Source: Squalus acanthias
Taxonomy: Eukaryota
NCBI GenBank assembly: GCA_030390025.1
Contig: CM059432.1
Location: 34,846,001-34,910,000 of the forward strand
Direction: 5' to 3'
Length of the DNA stretch: 64,000 nt
The translations under genes and the position numbers were made by a program. Within the stretch, counting starts at the first letter, position 1. Each line of letters starts with the position of its first letter. A model generated the notes under the pieces. The model was not told the origin of the DNA. It searched no databases and saw only the letters and a program-made list of their open reading frames with translations. Below are positions 27,231 through 38,284 of this stretch, piece by piece.

Positions 27231-27342
27231 GAAAATTTGCACTATATAATATTAAGTGAATGCAGTTGCAGAAGTTCTACATAATATACTGTAAAATATT
27301 TTAAAACCTGCAAAAGTGTCAGTGACATTCTTTTCTTCCCAG

Positions 27343-27457
27343 TCCACTACAATTCCTCCAAAAAAACCGGACCCTGTGACATCGGAAACTGTGGTTTTCT
27401 GGGGACTGCGACTATGGCAGGTGATCGGGGTCTTCTCCATATTCATCTTGTCCGTGA
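27343..27457 (+). CDS. TMIE: TMIE (transmembrane inner ear expressed protein) internal coding exon, equivalent to human exon 2
   Basis: Translates STTIPPKKPDPVTSETVVFWGLRLWQVIGVFSIFILSV+1 nt, matching recalled vertebrate TMIE (human ...[26 protein letters not shown]). Polypyrimidine tract and AG at 27329-27342 (phase 0); GTAAGT donor at 27458 (phase 1), the same phases I recall for human exon 2. Confidence 0.93.
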
Positions 27458-28989
27458 GTAAGTCATTGCAACCAATTAGTACTTGTTCTTATGGGTACTT
27501 CCAAATATGGCTCAGGCGCTAGTTGTGGCCTGCCTTTCTTTTAGCTACGGGACTTAGTAAATTTCCTGCCTATTATGCCTCCAGGCCTGTTGGGATATTA
27601 ACTGAGGTGGGAGTCAGTGCTGTTACCTCTGCATTTCTTGCTCTCCATAAAAGAAAGTGAGGGACTGCTTTTGGAAGGCAGTTTTTGTAGCGAGTGAAAA
27701 GGTCTATTAAAATCGTGACTATTGAATAAGTCTATTGCCCCTATAGATTTTCCCTCTTCATGTGGGGAAGTGTTGACTTCTATGTGACAACTGCTCCATA
27801 GATTCATGATGTATGATTGAGCTCACTGAGGGGGTAATCACAGCCCTGGACTTGTGTCTCATCATTGGACAGTGTGCTGTGTTGACCATACTTGAAGTTA
27901 GTTGTTGAGTAAGACATTGATTCGGATTCTGGCTCTCAAATAACACTCTTCTAGAGATTGTGTTCCTGTTCCTGAACCTTCCAGTACTTTGATAGTTAAT
28001 TGCTTTAATGTTCCACTTGTCATCTTCAAAATTCAATGCATAGAAGATATACCTGGACTGGTACAGGTATAGCACTCCATCTTTGAAATGATAGCTAAAT
28101 TGGTGGTTTCTTATGTGATGCTTTGAAGAAGGTAAAGGATCAATGGAATTTATAATGCACTGATTAATTTGGTTGGAAACATGCTTGGCAATAGAAAATA
28201 GAAGATGGTAAATTTTTTAAATACTTATCTACGATGCAGCAATGAGTGACATTCAACAAGAATCTGTTACTGATCGCTGTGCAAACACTATTCATAGAAT
28301 TCTCATTTTTATATAGCAATTTATCACATCTCTCAGAAACATCTTGAAGAACTTCATGTACAAAGAATAACCTTAAAGTGCAGTGATTGGTCTTATATGG
28401 GGATTAGCTGATGAATTTTAAATGTGGATTAATGAATGATACTGCATTTTGAGAGCACAAAACTTGTACACAAAATAAGGATGCCATCAAAAAACGTTGT
28501 GATCACTGACCATTAAAATGACCAATGCGATAACTGAAAGTTAATATGAAGTGCTGTCAATATGCCGAATGAAATATGAGAATGCATCCCCAAGGCTTTG
28601 GGTTAAAAGGAAAAAAGAACATGCATTGATTTAGCATGTTAGACCGAGACCCTGTCTGCCCTTTCAGCTAGACATAAAAGAGCCCATGGTACTATTTTTG
28701 AAGAAAAGCAGGGGGACTTCTTCTGGTATCCTGGCTAACATCACTAAGAACATAAGAATTAGGAGCAGGTGTAGGCCATACGGTCTCTCAAGCCTGCTCT
28801 GCTGTTCAATAAGATCTTGGTTGATCTTAGACCTCAACTCCACTTTCCTGCCCAATCCCCATATCCCTTGATTCCCCTAGAGTCTAAAAATCTATTGAAT
28901 ATATTCAACTATTCAGCATCCACAGCCTTTTTGTGTAGAGAATTCCAACAATTCACAAACCTCTGAGTGAAGACATTCATAGAGTCATA

Positions 28990-29888
28990 GGGGGAAAAAT
29001 TCAGTTGGTTGTGCCTCCCGTTAGCACCTTAAGAGGGCGCTAATGGGGCGCAAAGCAACTAGCGCCTGGGCGCGGCGATGTTTGCGCCGCTCGCGTAATT
29101 AACTAGACATTTTGCGGTGGCACTAAACACTACCGCCACGATCTCCTGCGCCGACAGATCGTGACGTCAGTCGAGTGCGCAATGCCCCGGTAGCGCCCCG
29201 GAGCGGATATTGAGTGGCGCCCCCTGCCTTACCGCCTGCCGCTGGCAACGACAGGTTGAGGGGAGCGTTTTGCAGTCAGGAAGGGACTGAGGGAGCGCTA
29301 TTTAAAGGCGACCGCTACCTGCCTTTTTTTGTTGGTGACATTTTTGAACCACGCATTCTGAGAGAGAGAGAGAGAGAGAGAGACTTCTGGAGAGATTCAA
29401 TGCTGTGTGAAGGAGTTTTGGGTACTGAGCAGCACTTTGCAGGTTCATTTTGATTTGCCATTCCTTGTATCGATTTAGAAGAGACTGTGGGGGCTGCACT
29501 CTGAGCTCTTTCCCTGGTTCTCTCCATTGTTCTTTCCAGCAGATTTGATGTGCAGGTCTCTCCAGGCCGAGATTCAAGGTTGCAATGAGCAGGATGTGGA
29601 TGGAAAGCAAGATCAACCCTCCCCTTTAAGAACTGGCCCGCGCCATTGTGTCTGTGTTCCATTGCTGACTGACATCACATGAGCTTCGCCAGCGCTCTGA
29701 GGTAGCGCCTCGCTCCTTGGCCTTTGCGCCTTAAGACAGATGTGTAGCGCCTGATTTAGCGCTCCAATCACCTCCAGGGGCGATAAAAGTCAAGTTTGCA
29801 GTCGGAGGCGATAATTAGCGCCAGGCACTAATCTTTGCGCCCGGCCGATAATTGCGCCCCAAATGGGGCGATACTGAATTTCTCCCCC
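28990..29888 (-). mobile_element. ~900-bp Harbinger-type MITE, family A, copy 1
   Basis: TIRs GGGGGAAAAATTCAGT / ACTGAATTTCTCCCCC; ATA TSD; dense subterminal TAGCGCC motifs. Confidence 0.9.
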
Positions 29889-29899
29889 ATAGAGTCATC

Positions 29900-30491
29900 G
29901 GGGGAAAAATTGAGCCACGTCCCCTTTGGGGCGCTAACTTCGCCGGGGCGCTACATTTAACGCCCCGGCGGCCGAAATTCACCGGTAGCGCCCCAAGTGG
30001 GAAGCGGGATGCTACTGGAAGCGCCCCACCTCCCTCTTGGGATGCTGCAAGTGAATATCGCAGCGAGACGTACCGCAGTGCCACGGTACTGCAGGCCTTC
30101 CTCCCCTTCTTAAAGGGGAGGGGCCTAGCACAGCACGACCCGGGGCCCAGCTGGGCCACCAGGGATCGGAGTGCCGGAAAAAGAGCCCGGCACTCAAGAG
30201 AAGTGCCGGGCTCACGGAGCACAGCCGGCACTCTGCGGGGGGGCTGCAGAGGAGGCCGGGGACGGCAGAGGGAGCAGGTGCTGGCAGGCGGCCAGCAACA
30301 AAAATGACCGCCCGGCACCTCCCCTTTAATTTGTGCCGCCCCGGCCACAGGTAGGCCCCCCTCATCACGTCGGTAAGTCAGGGGGCGCTATCGAAGATTG
30401 TGGCCGGGGCGCGAGCGGGGCGCTGCGCATGGCGATGACGTCATCTCTTAGGGCACTAACGGAAGGCGCAAAGCAACCGAATTTTTAGGCC
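29900..30491 (+). mobile_element. ~590-bp GC-rich Harbinger-type MITE, family B
   Basis: Ends GGGGGAAAAATTG / CGAATTTTTAGGCC, flanked by ATC/ATA. A second copy lies at 59659-60238. Confidence 0.8.
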
Positions 30492-33086
30492 ATAGAGTCA
30501 TAACGGCACAGAAGGAGGCCATTCAGCCCATCGAGTCCGTGCCGGCTCTCTGTAGAGCGATCCAGTCAGTCCCATTCCCCCGCTCTATCCCCGTAGCCCT
30601 GCAAGTTTATTTCTCTCAGGTGCCTATCCAGTCTCCCCTTGAAAACATTGAATGTCTCCATTTTCACCACTTCCGCCGGCAGCGAGTTCCAGGTCCTCAC
30701 CACTCGCTATGTAAAAAAGGTTTTCCTCACGTCACCCCTGTATCTCTTGCCCAAAACCTTAAATCTGTGTCCCCTAGTCCTTGTACCATCAACTAGTGGG
30801 AACAGCCTTTCCCCGTCTAGCCTATCCAAACCGGTCATAATCTTGTACACCTATCAAATCATCCCGCAACCGCCTTTGCGCCAATGAAAACAAATCCAGC
30901 TTCTCCAACCTGTCCTTGTAGCTAAGATCCCCCATCCCCGGAACCATTCTGGTAAATCTCCTCTGCACCCTCTCAAGGGCCTTCACATCCTTTCTAAAGT
31001 GTGGTGACCAGAACTGGATGCAATACTCCAGTTGTGGCCTAACCAGCGCTTTATAAAGGTTCAGCATAACTTCTCTACTTTTGTACTCAATATCTCTATT
31101 TCTGAAGCCCAAGATCCCATATGCTTTGCTAACCACTCTCTCAATATGTCCTGCCACCTTCAGGGACCTATGCACATTAACTCCCAGGTCCCTCTGTCCC
31201 TGCACACTCTTTAAAACTGTGCCATTAAGTGTGTATTGCCTCTCCCTGTTCCTTCTGCCAAAATACATCACCTCACACTTCTCTGTATTAAATTCCATCT
31301 GCCACTTGTCTGCCCATTCTGCTAGCCTTTCTATGTCCTGTTGCAGTCGATTGGTATCATCCTCACTGTTTGGAACACCCCCAAGTTTGGTGTCATCGGC
31401 AAATTTAGAAATTCTACTCTGTATTCCAATATCCAGGTCATTTATATACATCAAAAAAAGCAGTGGCCCCAGCACTGACCCTTGGGGAACACCACTGTCT
31501 ACCATCCTCCAGTCTGAAAAACAGCCATTTACCACAACTCACTGTTTTCTATCCTTAAGCCAATTCCTTATCCAAGCTGCCACTGACCCACCTATTCCAT
31601 GAGCCTCAATTTTGTTAACCAGCCTTCTATGTGGTACTTTGTGAAACGCCTTCCTAAAATCCATGTAGACAACATCCATTGCATTCCCTTCATCAATCCT
31701 CCCTGTTACTTTGTCAAAAAATTCAATTAGATTAGTCAAACACAATCTGCCTTTTACAAATCTGTGTTGGCTCTCCTTAATTAACTTAAACCTCTCCAAA
31801 TGCCCCTTTAATTTTTTCCTTGATTATTGTTTCTAAAACTTTACCCACCACTGATGTTAAACTGACCGGCCTGTAGTTACTAGGATTGTTCTTACACCCT
31901 TTCTTGAACAATGGTGTCACATTTGCCACTTTCCAATCCTCAGGCACTTCCCCCTCATCTAGGGAAGATTGGAAAATTATGGCAAGCCCTTCTGCTATCT
32001 CCTCCCCCAATTCCCTTAGCAACCTGGGATGCAAGCCATCTGGACCAGGCGACTTATCCACTCGAAGCATACCCAGCCTTTCTAGTACATCCTGTCTATC
32101 AATTTTCACCCCTTCCATTGCTTCTACCTTTTCCACTTCTACCGATATTTTGTCAGCATCCACCTCCTTAGTAAACACCGATACAAAGTATTCATTGAGT
32201 ATTCTGGCCTTACCCTGCGCCTCTAAGCATATATCACCTTCTTTGTCCCGAATAGGCCCCACCCCGCCTCTTACTTTTTTGGGTTCCCTTTTGAGTTAAC
32301 CGCCATTCTACTCTCATATTCTCTCTTTGCCAATCTTATTTTCATCTTCACTTCCCCTCTCAATATTGTATTTGGTCTGGTTCTCCCTTGAAGAATTCAC
32401 CTGACATGCATCATACACCCTCTTTTTTTGTTTTTCCTGTCAGTCTTTGCTTCTATTTTACCCTGGCTAGATCCTTTCACATCCCATTGAAGTTAGCCCT
32501 ATTCCAGTTTAGAAGTTCCACTCTAGATTGTTCCTTGCTCCTCTCCATTGCTAATCTAAATCTTACGATACGATGATCACTCATACCCAAGTGTTCTCCC
32601 ACAAACACTTGGTCGACCTGGCCCTCCTCATTCCCCAGCACCAGATCCAGCAATGCCTCCTTCCTAGTTGGGCCAAGAACATACTGGTCAAGGAAATTCT
32701 CCTGAACACATTTCAGAAATTCCTCCCCCTCCTTTCCCTTTAACCTAGCATTATCCCAATCAATATTTGGGTAATTAAAGTCCCCCAATATCACCACTCT
32801 ATAGTTCTTGCATATCTCTGTGATTTCCCTGCAGATTTGCTCCTCTACCTCCGTCTCATTATTTGGAGGACTATAGAATACCCCCAATAGCGTGATCATA
32901 CCCTTTTTGCTCCTCAACTCTAACCAAATGGATTCTGTCCTTGTCCCCTCAAGAACATCCTCCCTTTCCAACACTACAATGTGTTCCTTAATCAGCACTG
33001 CCACCCCACCTCCCTTTTTCCCTTCCCTATCTTTTCTGTGAGAAGTCGCACAACACCAGGTTATAGTCCAACAGTTTTATTTGAAA

Positions 33087-33123
33087 TCACAAGCTTTCGG
33101 AGCGCTGCTCCTTCATCAGGTGA
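33087..33123 (-). ncRNA. Minimal type I hammerhead ribozyme motif (mirror copy)
   Basis: Minus strand reads TCAC-CTGATGA-A-GGAGC-AGC-GCTCC-GAAA-GC-TT-GTGA. Confidence 0.75.
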
Positions 33124-33427
33124 AGTGAAGAGATGTATATAGGCACAGCATATATAGTTAGAGAACACTGCCAGATGATTACAGTTAATCTTTCTAACTG
33201 CCCTTTATCACACCTCGGCAGAGAGATAATCACGGCAATCAAAGGTGTGGATGGTGTCCAAACAGGTCAGTCAGGACTGACTGACCTGTTTGGACACCAT
33301 CCACACCTTTGATTGCCGTGATTATCTCTCTGCCGAGGTGTGATAAAGGGCAGTTAGAAAGATTAACTGTAATCATCTGGCAGTGTTCTCTAAATTTATA
33401 TGCTGTGCCTATATACATCTCTTCATT

Positions 33428-33464
33428 TCACCTGACGAAGGAGCAGCGCTCCGAAAGCTTGTGA
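33428..33464 (+). ncRNA. Minimal type I hammerhead ribozyme motif
   Basis: TCAC-CTGACGA-A-GGAGC-AGC-GCTCC-GAAA-GC-T-T-GTGA: stem I TCAC/GTGA, intact core, stem II, palindromic AGCT helix III. Confidence 0.75.
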
Positions 33465-33482
33465 TTTCAAATAAAACTGTTG

Positions 33483-34380
33483 GGGGGAGAAATTCAGTAT
33501 CGCCCCATTTGGGGCGCAATTATCGGCCGGGCGCAAAGATTAGCGCCTGGCGCTAATTATCGCCATCGACTGCAAACTTGACTTTTATCGCCCCTGGAAG
33601 TGATTGGAGCGCTAAATCAGGCGCTTCACACCTGTCTTAAGGCGCAAAGGCCGAGGAGCGAGGCGCTACCTCAGAGCACTGGCGAAGCTCATGTAATGTC
33701 AGTCAGCAATGGAACACACACACAATGGCACGGGCCAGTTCTTAAAGGGGATGGTTAATCTTGCTTTCCATCCACATCCTGCTCATTGCAGCCGTGAATC
33801 TTGGCCTGGAGAGACCTGCACATCAAATCTGCTGGAAAGAACAATGGAGAGTACCAGGCAAAGAGCTCAGAGTGCAGCCCCCACAGTCTCTTCTAAATCG
33901 ATACAAGGAATGGCAAATCAAAATGAACCTGCAAAGTGCTGCTCAGTACCCAAAACTCCTTCACACAACGTTGAATCTCTCCAGAAGTCTCTCTCTCTCT
34001 CTCTCTCTCTCAGAATGCGTAGTTCAAAAATGGCACCAACAATAAAAGGCAGGAAGCGGTCACCTTTAAATAGCGCTCCCCCTTTCCCTTCATGACTGCA
34101 GAACGCTCCCCTCAACCTGTCGTTGCTAGCGTCAGGCGGTAAGGCAGGGGGCGCCACTCAATATCCACTCCGGGGCGATACCGGGGCGTTGCGCACTCGA
34201 CTGACGTCACGATCTGCCAGCGCAGGAGATCGTGGCGGTAGTGTTTAGTGCCGCCGCAAAATGTCTAGTTAATTTCGTGAGCGGCGCAAACTTCGCCGCG
34301 CCTGGCGCTAGATGCTTTGTGCCCCATTAGCGCCCTCTTAAGGTGCTAACGGGAGGCGCAACCAACTGAATTTTTCCCCC
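33483..34380 (+). mobile_element. MITE family A, copy 2, inserted in the right arm of the Penelope palindrome
   Basis: Same TIRs as copy 1; TTG TSD (33480-33482, 34381-34383). Confidence 0.92.
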
Positions 34381-35710
34381 TTGGACTATAACCTGGTGCT
34401 GTGCGACTTCTCACATTTGTCCACCCCAGTCCAACACCGGCATCTCCACATCATGGCTATCTTTTCTGAACACCTTGTACCCTTGAATATTAAGTGCCCA
34501 GTCCTCACCGCATTTAAGCCACGTTTCCGTTATTGCTACAACATCATATTTCCACACGACTAATTGTGCTTGTAGCTCACCAACCTTATTCACCACACTT
34601 TGTGCGTTTACGTACCTACATTCTAAACCCATTTTTGAATTTTTCGTAGTCTTTCTTAGTCTGCTCCTATCTAATATGATACTACTTCCGCCTCTAATAC
34701 TACTTTCTTCTCTAGTACTATCCAACACATTCACTCTTTTATGCACCTTATTCCTCTTTTCTACTCCTATATGCTGGTGCCCATCCCCCTGCCAAGCTAG
34801 TTTAAATCCTCCCCAACAGCACTAGCAAACCTCCCACGAGAATATTGGTCCCGGCTCTGTTGAGGTATAACCTGTCCGGCTTGTACAGGTCCCACCTTCC
34901 CCAGAAACGGTCCCAATGCCTCAGGAATCTAAAGCCCTCCCTCTGCACCATCTCTCCAGCCACGCATTCATCTGTTCTATCCTCCTATTCCTCTACTCAC
35001 TAGCACGTGGCACCGGGAGTAATCCGGCGATTACAACATTTGAGGTCTTGCTTTTTAATCTCTTTCCTAGCTCCCTATAGACTGCCTGCAGGACCTCATC
35101 CCTCTTTCTCCCCATATCGTTGGTACCAATATGGACAATGACCTCTGGCTGTTCACCCTCCGCCCTCAGCGTGTCCTGCAGCTGCTCAGTGACATCCTTG
35201 ACCCTAGCACCAGGGAGGCAACATACCATCCTGGAGTCACGTCTGGGTCCACAGAAAAGCCTATCTGTTCTCCTAACTAATGAATCCCCTATCACTATTG
35301 CTCTTCCACTCTTCTTCCTCCCGCGCCCCCCCCCCCCCCTCCCCCGCCCCGCTGTGCAGCTGAGCAACCCATGGTGCCATGGCCTTGGCTCTGGCTGCTC
35401 TCCTCTTCTCCGTCTTAAATGGCCAACCTTTTATCCTGAGACTATGCCCCCTAGTTCTAGACTCTCCAGCCAGGGGAAACAACCTCTCAGCATCTACGCT
35501 GCCAATCCCCCTCAGAATCTTGCGTGTTTCAATGAGATCACCTCTCATTCTTCTAAACTCCAGAGAGTATAGGCCCATTCTACACAATCTCTCATCATAG
35601 GACAACCCTCTCATTCCAGGAATCAATCTAGTGATGCTTTGTTACACCGCCTCCATGGCAAGTATATTCTTCCTCAGATAAGGAGACCAAAACTGTGCAC
35701 AGTACTCCAC

Positions 35711-35832
35711 GTCATCGACCTGAAATGTTAACTCTGTTTCTCTCTCCACAGATGCTACCTGACCAGCTGAGTATTTCCAGCATTTTCTGTTTTTATTTCA
35801 GATTTCTAGCATCTGCAGTATTTTGCTTTTGT
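35711..35832 (+). mobile_element. Penelope-like pLTR fragment (family 2) with a partial hammerhead
   Basis: GTCATCGACCTGAAATGTTAACT...ACAGATGCTACCTGACC...; near-identical to 50202-50324. Confidence 0.7.
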
Positions 35833-36700
35833 TAGGTGTTCTAGTCCATGAATGGTGTGCTGTGAGGCTATAGTAAGAACAAATAGAGTATTAGGATGTA
35901 TTGCTAGATCAAATACAAAACCAAAAGCACTATACTATCTTTGTATAAGAGCTTAGGCCTCATCTAGAATACTGTGTTCTGTTTTGGTCCCCTCACACGG
36001 TGGATGACATAGAGACACTGTAAAAGATCTAGAGAAGCGACATATATTGATACCTAGCCTAAAGGTCCTTAGTTCAGATGATAGGCTCAGAGACCTGGGT
36101 CTTTTTACTTTAGAAAAACGTAAAGAAAGAAAGAAAGACTTGCGTTTATATAGCGCCTTTCATGACCTCAGGACGTCCCAAAGCGCTTTACAGCCAATAA
36201 TGTACTTTTGAAGTGTAGTCACTGTTATAATGTAGGAAATTTCTTCACTCAGAGGGTGGTGAATCTTTGGAATTCTCTACTCCAGAGGGCTGTGGAGGCT
36301 CAGTCGTTGAGTATATTCAAGACAGGGATCGATAAATTTTTGGACTCTAGGGGAATCAAGGGATATGGGGATCGGGCAGGAAACTGGAGTTGAGGTCTAA
36401 GATCAGCCATGATCTCATTGAATGGCGGAGCAGGCTCGAGGGGCTGAAAGGCCTACTCCTGCTCCTATTTCTTATGTTCTTATGAAACGCAGCAGCCAAT
36501 TGCGCACAGCAAGCTCTCACAAACAGCAATGTGATAATGACCAGATAATCTGTGTTTGTTATGTTGATTAAGGAATAAATATTGGCCAGGACACCGGGGA
36601 TAACATCCCTGCTCTTCTTCGAAATAGTGCCATGGGATCTTTTACGTCCACCTGAGAGAACAAACTTGGCCTCGGTTTAACCTCTCATCCGAAAGACATA

Positions 36701-37009
36701 GGCCCTGAAATTCGCCTCTCCGGCTTGCCGCGGGGGTAAGGATCGCGCGCGCACTTACCTACCGCGCCTGCCGTTGTGTTTTGGGCCCACGGGAACTTCA
36801 GCTCCTGGGCCTGCTCCAAGTGCCGGCACGCAGTGCTTGCGTGTCCCAGGGGCGCAGTTAGTGCGGTGCATCCCCTGGGATCACGTGGGCCATGGAGAAG
36901 TTCCGGTTTCCCGCGCATGCGCAGTGCATGCAGGAAACCGGCACTTCGGGACGCCTTACGGGTGAGTACACACTGTGTACTCACCCGGGAAGGGCCGAAT
37001 TTTTGGCCC
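36701..37009. mobile_element. GC-rich Harbinger-type MITE with several internal palindromes
   Basis: Ends GGCCCTGAAATTCG / CGAATTTTTGGCCC; internal hairpin GGGTGAGTACACACTGTGTACTCACCC. Confidence 0.7.
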
Positions 37010-38284
37010 TAAGACTGTTTGAGATATTTAAGATATTGAAAGAACTAGACTCTGTCCATGTGGATGTACTATTTGAGTTAGATAGGATAGGTAGGATCAG
37101 GGGCCGTGCATACAAGTTATGTAAGCATAGAACTAGGTTAGATATCAGGAGGTTTTAATTTTCACAGAGGGTCATTGACCTCTGGAACAGGTTGCTGGCT
37201 TGTGCAATGAGTGCGGATTCACTGCAAACTTTCAAAAAGGAGCTGGTTGAGTTCCTTTCTGTGGCTAACATCACTGCATACAAAAGGTAAGTGAGATGTT
37301 GGGTATGTACCTCATGGTCACTGTGATCTCTTGGAACTTATTTTGAATACTTGAGGGTTGGAGAGGACTTTCCGAATATTTACCACCGTGCCCCCCCTGA
37401 TTTGGCCAAGGGTTTTCCCTCTGCTTCTGTGCCTCTCCCAGGAGATTACACGGTTGCTGGTGGGTTTAGGATTATGATGCTCAGTCGTAACGGAAAGATA
37501 CGTGACAGACTTGACACACCAGCTAGTCTTTTCCTGTCTGTGATTTTCCTATGTTCGAGTGTTTGAGGATGTAAAAGATCCCATGGCACTACTTTGTAGA
37601 AGGGCAGCGAAGTTCTTCCCGGTGTCCTGGACAATATTTATCCCTCATCCAACACATAAAACAGAATATCTGGTCAGTATCACGTTGTTATTTGTGGGAG
37701 CTTGCTGTGCGCAAATTGGCTGCCACATTTCCTGCATCACAACAGTGACTAACTTCAAAAGTACTTCATTGGCTGTAAAGTGCTTTGGGACATCCCGAGG
37801 TTGTGAAGGGCGCTAAATACAAATCCTTTCTTTCTTTGGCTACATTCCAATTATTTTTCCTGACAAGTTAAGATTCCACAGATGCAGATATTTTTTTCTC
37901 TGGCCCTTTTTCTGATGCGAAGAACTAATTCACGACGACATGACACCATCAGAGAGAAGGTCTGGGGTAGCTGATGGGTTGTTTTTTGGTGCACTATGGG
38001 CATTGCGCACGAATACACCACAGCTTTGAGTACAAGAGTGTCGGAGCAGCAGCATCCCAAGGAATTATCAAGGGAGCTTGTACACCCGCTGGCTAATTCC
38101 TAGTGAAGGCCATTTCCATTTTAACACCTGGGCTGCCAGGTTGATGTGCACAGTTGCATTCTACATAACTTCACATTGTGACACAAGCACAGTGGAGTCG
38201 GGTTATCGTGTGGCTCAGACAGGCTCATCAAATCCAAGGGCATCATGTGTTGTTCGTTGGAAATGATTACTCCTCTATTTCCCC

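Larger units (their letters stand above)
33039..34456. mobile_element. Penelope-like element remnant: inverted pseudo-LTR palindrome with 3' tail
   Basis: 12-bp TSD CTATCTTTTCTG (33027-33038, 34457-34468). Arms 33038-33274 and 33277-33482+34384-34414, 2-nt spacer, about 5 mismatches. 42-nt unpaired tail at 34415-34456. Confidence 0.85.
30492..35400 (-). mobile_element. Large CR1 LINE (esterase ORF1 + APE/RT ORF2) carrying a Penelope and a MITE insertion
   Basis: AIVIGDSLVR, VIVHIGTNDMG, YVNAQSV, VAITETWL, VILGDFNYP, YRPVSLTS, GVPQGSVLGP, KFADDTK; (CATAGAGT)n tail. Confidence 0.93.

Noticed and set aside
29302..29662. Recurrent ORFs (MANQNEPAKCCSVP...) at 29, 33 and 53 kb as a gene family
   Set aside because: Internal to MITE family A; the frame varies with (CT)n length.
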